Shown one piece after another: positions 1-11,014 of a stretch of DNA of 64,000 nucleotides. A model generated the notes under the pieces. That model saw nothing but the letters and a program-made list of their open reading frames with translations. It was not told the origin of the DNA and made no database searches. Every line of letters begins with the position of its first letter. The stretch's first letter is position 1. The translations under genes were made by a program, and so were the position numbers. Source of the DNA: Octopus sinensis (Eukaryota); contig NC_042998.1 in assembly GCF_006345805.1 (NCBI RefSeq), forward strand, positions 198,028,001-198,092,000, given 5' to 3'.

Positions 1-221
1 CTATATATCTATCTATCTTATCTATCTATCTATCTTATCTATCTATCTATCTATCTTATCTATCTCCCTACCTATCTATCTATCTACCTATATATCTACC
101 TATCTATCTTATCTATCTATCTATCTATCTATTTATCTACCTATATATCTTATCTATCTCTCTACCTATCTATCTATCTACCTATATATCTACCTATCTA
201 TCTATCTATCTATATATCTAC

Positions 222-268
<47 letters not shown>

Positions 269-325
269 CCTGCCTGCCTGCCTGCCTACCTGTCTGCCTG
301 CCTACCTACCTATCTATCTATATCT
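1..325. repeat. (TATC)n-type compound microsatellite
   Basis: Near-continuous tatc/ctac/ctgc tetramers. Confidence 0.95.
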
Positions 326-407
326 GTACTCATATATGCATATATATATATACACACATAGATACATACACAAACATACACATACACACATATATTATTA
401 TCATTAT

Positions 408-454
<47 letters not shown>

Positions 455-1029
455 GGAAAGAGAGAAGGTTCGGAATGTAAAGGTAGAATGGTAAGAAAGG
501 AGGGTGGATAACTAAAACCAAGTTTTTTTTTTTGAGTTGTCTGTCAGGTAAATTGATGTTCAGATTAAATATGTCTAAAGTGGCTCACTTATCGCTGCTA
601 CCACCACCACTACTACTACCACTACTGTCATCACCACCACCATCACCATTAGTGCCAATATAACTACTACCACTCCTACCTCCACCCTCACCATCTCCAC
701 TGCTATTACAGATACCATCATTGCTGCTGCTGCTGCTACTACTACTACTACTTATTACTACTATTACTGACAAGATTAATAATAAAGACACACAGCCAGA
801 AATTAAGATGAAGAATGGAAATGAAATGATAACATTTCTATCTGCCATTGTCTTACACAACTCACAACATTGTTTCAAATCACAACACTGCCTCACATCA
901 CAACACTGCTTCACAACACAACACTGCCCCCTCCATTTTACGACATAGTTTCACATCTCACAACTCTGACTGACACATCTCACAAATAATGTCACTCAAC
1001 TCCTAACACTTCTTTACACAACAAAATTA

Positions 1030-1475
1030 CATCATCATCATCGTTTAACGTCCGTTTTCTGTGCTAGCATGGGTTGGACGATTCAATCAGGGTCTGGGAA
1101 GCCAGGAGGCTGCATCATCATTGTTCGACCGTGGTCGAGACAATGGAATTTACCATGCTACGCCAGACTTCACGGTCCATCATGGCATTACGGAGGTCCT
1201 GTTGCTGGATGCCTGTATCCCTGGAGATTACATCAGGGTACACCTGGCTCCAGTCTGATCTGGCAGTGTTTCTACAGCTGGATGCCCTTCCTAACGCCAA
1301 CCACTCTCTAAGTGTAGTGGGTGCTTTTTACGTGCCACCGGCACAGGTGCCAGGGGTGGCTGGTAGCGGCCACGATCGGTTGGTGCTTTTTACGTGCCAC
1401 TGGCACAGAAGCCAGTCAAGGCGGCGCTGGCATCGGCCATGTTCGGATGGTGCTTTTTACATGCCACCGGCACAG
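1030..1475 (-). mobile_element. 5'-truncated copy of RTE LINE 3' UTR, interrupted by a nested insertion
   Basis: (CAT)n tail, GCTAGCATGG end motif, TGGATGCCCTTCCTAACGCCAACC block and core/spacer units as at 6169-6700. Confidence 0.85.
1113..1238 (-). mobile_element. 3' end of a second RTE-like LINE nested in the element above
   Basis: Minus frame reads YPDVISRDTGIQQQDLRNAMMDREVWRSMVNSIVSTTVEQ-stop, followed by a short (GAT)n tail; splits the host GGCTGCACC motif. Confidence 0.65.
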
Positions 1476-1675
1476 TACATTTTAATACTACCCTATGCAT
1501 CATGACTGTTCTACAAATCTCACATTACTTTACATAAATATTGCCACAGAAAAAGAAACAACACTAGCATACATACCAACATTGCCTTATACAGCTTACA
1601 ACACTACCTCACATCCCAGATTTCCTCCCATGTTACCAAAAATTTAACACAAGAACTGTTCTTATAATATTAATG

Positions 1676-1935
1676 ATAATAATAATAATGAAATTATTGT
1701 ATACAGTGCTCAGGTGCACCACAACTTGTCAAAAGTGCGTATAAAGTATATGCAGTAATGTACAAATGTCTGGGAGGTGAACAGTGTATGAGTTGGATAC
1801 ATGCTTGCGTGTGTATGGAGGGGAGAAAATCAGGTGTAGTGTTGGCGAATCTCAGGAAGCATGGAAGTTTTGAAGGATGCAGTGCTCCAACAACTAACAA
1901 CTGATGCTGGCAGTTTGTTCCATGCTTCAGCAAAA
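1676..1935 (-). mobile_element. Degraded LINE 3' end (CR1/L2-like)
   Basis: Decayed C-terminal frame ending in an (ATT)n tail at 1676-1690. Confidence 0.4.
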
Positions 1936-2088
1936 TGAGATACTGTATTTTCTAGCATGCAAGTTGATGTAATATGTAGTGTAAGCATTCAAACATTGTC
2001 AATATCTTTCTAGATCTGTTGTATTACACAGGAAACTTTTGGTCCTTCGAAATTGTTTTCAAATACAGGTCAACTGACCTGTTTTGGT

Positions 2089-2306
2089 TACTCTTTTTAC
2101 TCTTTTACTTGTTTCAGTCATTTGACTGCCGCCATGCTGGAGCACCGCCTTTAATCGAGCAACTCGACCCCAGGACTTATTCTTTGTATGCCCAGTACTT
2201 ATTCTATCGGTCTCTTTTGCCGAACCGCTAAGTGACGGGGACGTAAACACACCAGCATCGGTTGTCAAGCAATGCTAGGGGGACAAACACAGACACACAA
2301 ACATAT

Positions 2307-2359
<53 letters not shown>

Positions 2360-2520
2360 TACGACAGGCTTCTTTCAGTTTCCGTCTACCAAATCCACTC
2401 ACAAGGCTTTGGTCGGCCCGAGGCTATAGCAGAAAACACTTGCCCACGATGCCACGCAGTGGGACTGAACCCAGAACCATGTGGTTGGTTAGCAAGCTAC
2501 TTACCACACAGCCACTCCTG
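2089..2520 (-). mobile_element. tRNA-derived SINE, family C (internal AT/GT microsatellite)
   Basis: Reverse complement of the element at 43586 and 52611; A/B-box-like head, tail CCAGCATGGCGGCAGTCAAATGACTGAAAC. Confidence 0.85.
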
Positions 2521-2613
2521 GTTGTAAATTTTGTTCTACAAAATTTGACCTGTATGCCAGAAAATATGGTAGTAAGACACCTATGTTATTGTTGTAAGGT
2601 GTGGTGAGACTTA

Positions 2614-3011
2614 TCTTTATATATAAAGTCAAGTTGTGTGTCTGTCTCCTACGATTTAGATTCCTAACTACTCCCACATTTTGCGGTGCAGTTTAACCAA
2701 AACCGGGTATCTTATAGTCGTGATTCATATGGAGCCCTTCTGGGTATTAGCGCGTGTCTACGATGAGTCTATGATTTTTTTTTAAATTTACCATCATTTT
2801 TTTCCATTTTAATGCATTTTTTTCGCTATTATATAAGGAAAGTAACTCTCTAAAAATGTCTACGATGAGTCAACGATTAAAAAAAAAATTTACCATAATT
2901 TTTTTTCCATTTTTAATGCATTTTTTTGCTATTTTTTGGCTATAACTCTCTAAAAATGCTTATATAGTTATTTCCCTTACAAACCCGAGCAACGCCGGGC
3001 GATACTGCTAG
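2614..3011 (+). mobile_element. Non-autonomous Helitron (398 bp)
   Basis: A|TC start, subterminal hairpin CCCGAGCAACGCCGGG, CTAG|T end, no TSD; internal ~100-bp tandem duplication. Confidence 0.8.
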
Positions 3012-3179
3012 TGTGATATGTAAGGCAGTGTTGTAAAGTGCAATGAAACAGTGTTATGGGATGCAGAGTGGTGGCAATATTGTGAGACATGCGAAGTATG
3101 GTGAGGCAATATTGCAAGATGAGCAAGGCAGTGGAGTGGGATATCAAAGGGGTGTGAAGAAAGAGGTGAAGATACTTAC

Positions 3180-3279
3180 GGGTGCCAATCCGGGACATTC
3201 GTAGACAGTGTAGTCTCCTTCTTCGTTATCATCTTCAGACTCATCATCTGATGCATCGTGCTTCATTTCTCCATTGGCT
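3180..3279 (-). CDS. NPDC1: NPDC1/CAB-1 homologue, internal coding exon (100 nt, phase 2 to 0)
   Basis: tttTAG acceptor, GTAAGT donor; encodes ANGEMKHDASDDESEDDNEEGDYTVYECPGLAP, the NPDC1 signature (acidic tract + YECPGLAP). Confidence 0.93.
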
Positions 3280-3417
3280 CTAAAACGACAACAACAGAAA
3301 CAAAATTATTGAGTAAAGAAAGAAGCAACCACAAAGATTTATTCTAATGTATGAGTGTGTGTGTGTGTGTCTGGAGCTTGAGTGGCAGCATACTCAAACA
3401 ACGACAACAACAACAAC

Positions 3418-3700
3418 AACATCATCATAATCATCATCATTATTTAACGTCCGCTTTCCATGCTAGCATGTGTTGGACGATTTTGACTGAGGTCTGGCGA
3501 ACCAGACTCCAATCTGATCTGGCAGAGTTTCTACAGCTGGATGCCCTTCCTAACGCCAACCACTCCGAGAGTGTGCTGGGTGCTTTTAAAGTGCCACCAG
3601 CACAAGGGCCAGTCTGGCAGAACTGGCAACAACCACGCCCAAATGGTGCATTTTATGTGCCACCTGCACAGGAGCCAGTCCAGTGGCACTGGCAACGACA
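3418..3700 (-). mobile_element. RTE 3' UTR copy, subfamily B
   Basis: (CAT)n tail, diagnostic ATTTTGACTGAGG..GGCGAACCAGA and GAGTTTCTAC. Confidence 0.85.
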
Positions 3701-4129
3701 CACATAAACATATGCATAACTATACATGCAAACATTTGCACATAAAAACACCAAATATGTATAAATACACATAAACGTGTGCACAAACACACAATATAAG
3801 CATTGAATTATATATAAATACACGTACACATTCCTAAATTCACAGATGCAAACACAGCCATATACATTTCTAACTCTAAATGTTGTCAAAGAAAAAAATG
3901 GACAAAAGCAATGGAAGATATTGTCAAATTTCCAAAACTTTCTTTTTTACACTCACCTATTGGGTATTTACACATCAATAATTAATGGCCCTTACTCATA
4001 TATCTGCATCCTAAAATGCCTAAGAAATTCATCTAATGTTTCTTTGTGAAATATCAAAAAGGGTACTGAGATATTCTATTTTCTGTTGTTGCAGAACAAG
4101 TGTCTGTAACAAATTGTATAACTTTTGAA

Positions 4130-4310
4130 CACCGATAGCCCAGTTCTTATAACGGAATCTGTAGAGGATTTTGAAAAAAATTCCATACATGGAAACAAAA
4201 CCTGTAGCTGAGAGGTGTTCAGAATAAACTTAGCAAAGACTAAAGTTTTAGTAAGTAGGAAAGAAGGCAGGACCTTGCTGCTATCAGGGAAACAGCTATA
4301 TGCTGAAAAT
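4130..4310 (+). pseudogene. Degraded RTE reverse transcriptase fragment
   Basis: Decayed match to the ESxxELEEKFQVWK..NLAKTKVLISRK region of the 6832-8163 ORF. Confidence 0.55.
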
Positions 4311-4319
4311 AAATAGATA

Positions 4320-4680
4320 TGTTTCTTTATTAGCCACACAGGGCTGCACACAGACAGGACAAAATTACAAGGTAGAGCTTTTCTTTTGGGGGTAAAAGAA
4401 GGGGGTTTGGTTTTCAATCAAAAGGGATCGTAAATGGAAAGAAAGAGGACGAAATAAGGGGGGGGGGATATAATTAGAAAAAAAAAGGTGGGGGGAAGGA
4501 AAAAAAAATTTGATCAATAGGGATCGTTATCACAGAAATGTCAATAAGAAGTGTAAAGGGAAGGACAGGTGAGGTTTACCCGTGGAAAGAAAAGCCTACG
4601 GAAAAGACCACAGTAACCTCGGTCAATGAAGTCATATGTTATATTTCTTTTTTTTTTTTTGCAAATAAAATTAAAAAAAT
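4320..4680 (-). mobile_element. ~360-bp retroposed insert (probable LINE 3' UTR) with 13-bp TSD
   Basis: AAATAAATAGATA at 4307-4319 and 4681-4693; minus-strand end resembles the SINE-D tail (..CCCTGTGTGGCTAATAAAGAAAC). Confidence 0.6.
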
Positions 4681-5585
4681 AAATAAATAGATAGAAATTC
4701 CCTATGGTGGACCCAGAGTAAACTATTAACATACAAGAGGTATAGTAAAATCAGAGGTAGGCTGGCAGAGAAGAGAGTCTTCATATGCGGTAGATGCACA
4801 GGTGAGTTGGTATTTGAAAACTTCTGAAATAAATTCCTTCAAAAACTTGGAAGACTAATGAGTAGTACTTCTTTACTTTTGCCATTGTCACCACCATCAT
4901 TTCAACCACTATGTTTCCCTGCTTGAATAGGTTAAGCAATATTCATTAAGAAAGATTTTCTATGCCAACCCTTCAAGTGTTTTCAAGTAAGGTAATATTT
5001 TTCCAAAGCAGGACATGTTTCCATGGAAAACTGGCAACTAAAGACACCGCCAGTGCAACTGGGATGCTTGTATACAGCTATCATGCGATGTCAAGACAAG
5101 CATACACACGCCTACACACACATATTTAATAAGCTTCTTTCAGTTTCCATCAACCAAATCCACTCAGAAAGCTGGGTTATAACAGAAGACACTTGCCCAT
5201 AGTGCTACACAGTGCTTTTGTACTTAGGAAATGACTTATATCCTTCTCCTTCTGTAGTAGGGCGTGAATTCGTGACTATGATACTGTTATCCAAATATGT
5301 ATTCAGAAACACAAACTTATACAAACACAAAAATATTAAACACACACCTGTGCACAGCATGCATGTTCAAATCAATAATCTAGAAACAGCAGTCAAAATT
5401 CAACTCTGACATGAACAGATACACTGCAGCACGCAAATTTTAGACATACAAAAATAGTAGGAAAGAAGGCAGGACCTTGTTACTATCAGGGAAACAGTTA
5501 TATGTTGAAAATAAATAGGTAGAAATTCCATATGGTGGTTATACATATGCTGTATACAATAGACATGAATATATATATATATATA

Positions 5586-5895
5586 TCATCATCATCATCA
5601 TTGTTTAACGTCCGCTTTCCATGCTAGCATGGGTTGGACGGTTTTGACTGAGGGCTGGCGAACCAGATGGCTGCACCAGGCTCCAGTCTTGATCTGGCAG
5701 AGTTTCTACAGCTGGATGCCCTTCCTAATGGCAACCACTCCGTGAGCTTCGTGGGTGCTTTTTACGTGCCACCTGTACGGGAGCCAGTCAGGCGGTACTG
5801 GCAATGACCTCGCTCGAATCTTTTTACACATGCCACCGACACAGGAGCCAGTGAAGCAACGCTGGTAACGATCACACTCGAACGGTGTCCTTTTA
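5586..5895 (-). mobile_element. RTE 3' UTR copy, subfamily B
   Basis: (TA)n then (CAT)n tail and family blocks. Confidence 0.85.
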
Positions 5896-5899
5896 CATG

Positions 5900-5951
<52 letters not shown>

Positions 5952-6831
5952 AATATAAACATTTAAAATGTACAAAAATATCCCTTGCACACATGGATAT
6001 ATAAAATATATAAAACTATAATCACCTATACACGTGAACATATAGAATATACAGAAACAAATAAAAACCATTCACAGACACACTCTATACACATAAGTAT
6101 ATTTCCGTATACACATACACATTTATATATATGAATACAATATATATATATATATATATGAATACAATCATCATCATCATCGTTTAACGTCCGCTTTCCA
6201 TGCTAGCATGGGTTGGACTGTTCAACTGGGGTCTGGGGAGCCCGAAGGCTGCACCAGGCCAGTCAGATCTGGCAGTGTTTCTACAGCTGGATGCCCTTCC
6301 TAACGCCAACCACTCCGAGAGTGTAGTGGGTGATTTTATGTGCCACCGACACAGGTGCCAGACGAGGCTGGCGAACGGCCACGCTCGGATGGTGTTTTTA
6401 TGTGCCACCGACACAGGTGCCAGACGAGGCTGGCAGACGGCCACGCTCGGATGGTTTTTTATGTGCCACCGACACAGGTGCCAGACGAGGCTGGCAGACG
6501 GCCACGCTCGGATGGTGTTTTTATGTGCCACCGACACAGGTGCCAGACGAGGCTGGCAGACGGCCACGCTCGGACGGTGTTTGTTACGTGCCCACAGCAC
6601 GGAGGCCAGTCGATGCGGTACTGGCTACGGTCCCGTTCGGATGGTTTTCTTATGTGCCATCGGCACTGGTACCACAAGGATACAAATTCCATTGATGTTC
6701 ATCTATTTTGATTTGGTTTGACTTGATTCGATTTGACTTGCCTCAACAGGTCTTCACAAGTGTCACAAGCAGGAAGGTATGCACAGGCGGACTGACTACG
6801 CCCCAGGTAGGGGCCACGGGTTATGGCTTCA

Positions 6832-8163
6832 CTAGTCTTGCCGGGTCTTCTCACGCACAGCATACTTCCATAGGTCTCGGTCTCTGGTCATTTCCATGGT
6901 GAGACCTAATGTTCGAAGGTCGTGCTTCACCACCTCGTCCCAGGTTTTCCTGGGTCTACCTCTTCCACGGGTTCCCTCAACTGCTAGGGATTGGCACTTT
7001 CTCACACACCTATCTTCATCCATTCTCGCCACATGACCATACCATCGCAATCGTCTCTCTTGCACGCAACAACTGATGCTTCTTAGGTACAACATTTCTC
7101 TTAGGGAACTAACACTCTGTCGAGTAAGTACACTGACATTACACATCCATCGGAGCATACTGGCTTCATTCCTCATGAGCTTACGCATGTCCTCAGCAGT
7201 CACGGCCCATGTTTCACTGCCATGTAGCATGGCAGTTCGAACACATGCATCATACAGTCTGCCTTTTACTCTGAGCGAGAGGCCTTTAGTCACCAGCAGA
7301 GGTAAGAGCTCCCTAAACTTTGCCCAGGCTATTCTTATTCTAGCAGTTACACTCTCAGCGCACCCACCCCCACTACTGACTTGGTCACCTAGATAACGGA
7401 AGCTATCAACTACTTCTAATTTTTTCCCCTGGAAAGTGACGGAAGTTGTTTTCTGCAGATTTTCGGAGGTCAATGCTCCCGAGCATCTGCCACATATAAA
7501 GACTGTCTTCCCAGTTAGCCTACCTTTGACATTGCTGCACCTCTTATGTGTCCATAGCTTACACTGGGTACATCTTATAGAGTTTCTACCTACACCTTTT
7601 CTACAGATCGAGCAGGGCCATCTTCCTGAGGACATTTGTGGATTGCCTACCTTTCTACTTATTAGTACTTTGGTTTTAGCTAGGTTGACTCTAAGGCCCC
7701 TCGATTCTAAACCCTCCTTCCACACCTGGAACTTCTCCTCCAGTTCTGATAGTGACTCAGCAATTAGAGCGAGGTCGTCAGCATAGAGGAGCTCCCAGGG
7801 GCAACCTGTCTTGAATTCCTCTGTTATTGCCTGGAGGACTATGATAAATAGGAGGGGGCTGAGTACTGAACCCTGGTGGACCCCAACCTCTACTTTGAAT
7901 TCTTCTGTGTACATGTTGCCAACCCTAACCTTGCTTACGGCATCTCTGTACATGGCTTGCACAGCCCTCACCAGCCATTCATCTATCCCTAGTTTCCTCA
8001 TTGACCACCAGATGAGGGATCGGGGGACCCTATCAAAGGCTTTCTCCATGTCAACAAAAGCCAGGTACAGGGGCCTATCTTTGGCTAGGCATTTCTCCTG
8101 CAGCTGCCTTACCAGGAATATAGCATCAGTGGTGCTTTTCCCTGGCACAAACCCAAACTGCAT
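6832..8163 (-). pseudogene. RTE ORF, RT core and C-terminus (443 aa) with PHD-like insertion
   Basis: QFGF, FVDMEKAFDRV, QGSVLSPLLF, YADD (7774-7785), FRYLG, LRWYGHVARM, GRGRPRKTW motifs. Confidence 0.92.
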
Positions 8164-8173
8164 CTCATCTAAA

Positions 8174-9037
8174 CTAACTCTCTCTAATTTGTTGGGCTAT
8201 GACCCTCTCCGTAACCTTCATTACCTGATCCAACAGCTTGATACCTCTGTAATTATTTGTATCTAGGGCATCACCTTTACCTTTGTAGCAGTTGACTAGT
8301 ACGCTGCTACACCAGTCATTGGGTATGACTCCTTCGTGTATCACCTGATTAACTATACGGGTGACTAGGCTATAGCCGACACTGCCAGATATTTTGAGCA
8401 TCTCTGCAGTAATTCCTGATGGGCCTGGGGCTTTCCCTGTCTTCATGCTTCTAATTGCCTTAGCTACCACGGAACTATCAACTCGGATAGCTGATCCCTC
8501 TGTTGGGTCAACATTCGGCAGACTCTCTTTATCCCATTCATTTTCTTTATTCAGCAACCTTTCATAGTGGCATCTCCAAACCTCTCTCTTTGCTTCCTCA
8601 TTTAGCGCAAGTGAACCATCATCCATGCGAACACACTTCTCTCCTACCACATCACGATTCTCTCTCACACACTGTCTTGCAACACGAAATACCTCAAGTC
8701 TTTCATCCTCACGGCGCAGAACATTGGCAAATTTTTTCTTATCCGCTTCCCCTCTGGCTAAATAAACCTGTCTCCTAGCTTCCCTTCTGGCTGTCTGATA
8801 CAATTCCCTGCTACCACCGTTCTTCCAGTCCTTCCAAGCCTGTCTCTTTTGTCTAATAGCCCTGTCAACTACAGTGTTCCACCACCATGTTACTCTGGGT
8901 TGAGACGGTACTTTGCTCCATCCACAGATCTGGTCAGTGGCTGTCAGCAGATTGTCCCGTAGAAATCTCCAGTTGTCTTCCACATTAAGTGAAGCTATAT
9001 CCCCTTCTATTTCGTCAAAGGCTTCGAGTAGTATGTC
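8174..9037 (-). pseudogene. RTE ORF, upstream part (linker to start of RT)
   Basis: VTWWWN, KAPGPSGI, IPNDW, YKGKGD, NYRGIKLL motifs; out of frame with 6832-8163 by an apparent 2-bp loss in an (AG)n run near 8176. Confidence 0.9.
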
Positions 9038-9518
9038 TCATATATATATATATATATATATACATTCATGTGTATATATACATTCATGTGTGTGTGTACA
9101 CACACACATTAAACACATGTACCTGCACACATATATGTACCAAATACTCAAATATATATCACTTACACACAAGCTATACAAAAATATATACACAAGCCTA
9201 CATTTATCAATTATACAAATATATGCATATGAACACACAAAAAATATGAAAATACACATATATACAACGTACGTATATGAAACATATAATAACATAGGCA
9301 TATATAATAGTAACAACAGAAAACTAGCTTTGTAGTGTTGTATTTCAATAATCCGGAATCTACCTGACATGAAACACTAATTAATAACTAGTTCGTTATG
9401 TTATTAATTACATTGCTTGCACTAATTCCAAAAGTATTGTTCAGTTGCCGGTGGAACTGTTAATGGAACGAGTAAACTGTGATAATAATCTCCATATCAA
9501 CAAAAACAAATCACGGAG

Positions 9519-9556
<38 letters not shown>

Positions 9557-10007
9557 TACGTGGAGAAAGGAAGATTTGAGAGATGCAAAGATGTATGCAT
9601 ACAAAGACAAACACAAATTACAAACACACATACACACACATACATACACAGACACACACACACTCGTATATTAATAGTGCATTACACAGCTAGATTTTGG
9701 TGGGTTGGGCATTGATAATTAGAAATGTAAGCAATGCCTTTTTAATAAACATATAACTTAGCTGTATTGTGAAAATAAAGCAGTTTATATTACACCAGAA
9801 AAAGGGATTGGAAAAAAAAGATTATCTATAAGACTGATCTTTTTAATCCCTTTAATTGCTTTTCCTGTCCCCAGAAAAATAAAACCTTTGGTGTTACCAC
9901 TATGTTGACTTTTGACTGTGAGGCTGATTCTTCACGTTACTTCCTCATACATTCAGAAGCTAAGTGAAGAAAGAGTGAGATGAAAGATAAACAGGTCCTA
10001 TCAGCTG

Positions 10008-10079
10008 TCCTCGGTAGTATAGTGGTAAGTATCCCCGCCTGTTACGCGGGAGAGCGGGGTTCGATTCCCCGCCGGGGAG
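10008..10079 (+). tRNA. tRNA-Asp-type body with GTT (Asn) anticodon; probable retrocopy/pseudogene
   Basis: 72-nt cloverleaf TCCTCGG..CCGGGGA+G, anticodon stem CCCGC/GCGGG, loop CT-GTT-AC (10041-10043), T-arm CGGGG-TTCGATT-CCCCG, TTTT at 10089-10092. Confidence 0.88.
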
Positions 10080-11014
10080 GCATCTCAATTTTATTCAGTG
10101 GTGGTGCCCCAGCATGGCCGCGGCCTTCGGGCTAAAACATTTTGAAGGATTTAAGGTCAACCATTTCAACAAGAAAGAAAACACCATGTTCTTCCAATTT
10201 GCTTCTGAATGCAACATGAGAAGCTAAGTCAACCTGTTACTCTGTAAATACAACTCCGGCTATATCCGTTGAGTACAACTCCCATTTGTTTGGTTCACTT
10301 TCACTTTCACACACACACACACACTAATTAGTTCATTTCAGAGCTTTGTGGCTATGAATGTGGTTCCAAGGTGTGAATGTGGGAATGATGTTGGCTGGTG
10401 TTCTATACTTTAGCCATGGGTCGACCAATACCTTAAGAATAAAATTAGCCAAGAGAAACTGAAGAAACCCGTTGTATGTGCATGTGTGTGTGTGTGTGTG
10501 TGCAAGTGTGTATCTGTGTGTGCATGTATGTGATTGTGTGAGATTGTATTTCCCGTCAACTTTGTGTGTTCACTGATTGTCAACAACAGTCTTACTATCA
10601 ATAGACGTAGTGAAAATGACGGTGAGCTTCTTGACATGTCGCACGATCTTTGTCAACGAAGGTCTCATTCACCTGATGTGATTTGTGTTCAATAAACTAG
10701 GGGATTGTCACTTGTTTGAAAGAAGGTGAAGGTTGGTGATAGGAAGAGCATCCAGCCACAGAATATCTGCTTCAATGAATTCCATCTGACCCATGCAAGA
10801 GCAGATATCAAAATGTTTCAAATGAATGTTGCTTGAACAAAGTAGAGAGCCTGCAGAAGATGGTGTAGTGGGGGCAACTAGGCCCAAACAATACTCAAGT
10901 ATAATGACATCCAGTTTGACTTACAGTGAAACCAATAACACCCATACAGTAATACGGAATAATGTAGATGACGTACCTAATACTTCTGGCAGTAGCAAGC
11001 ATAGGGTTAATATT

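Larger units (their letters stand above)
6169..9039 (-). mobile_element. 5'-truncated RTE-clade LINE (RT region plus long 3' UTR)
   Basis: RT ORF continuous with a 3' UTR holding 60-bp tandem units and a (GAT)n tail; 5' end abuts (TA)n; no endonuclease domain present. Confidence 0.92.
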
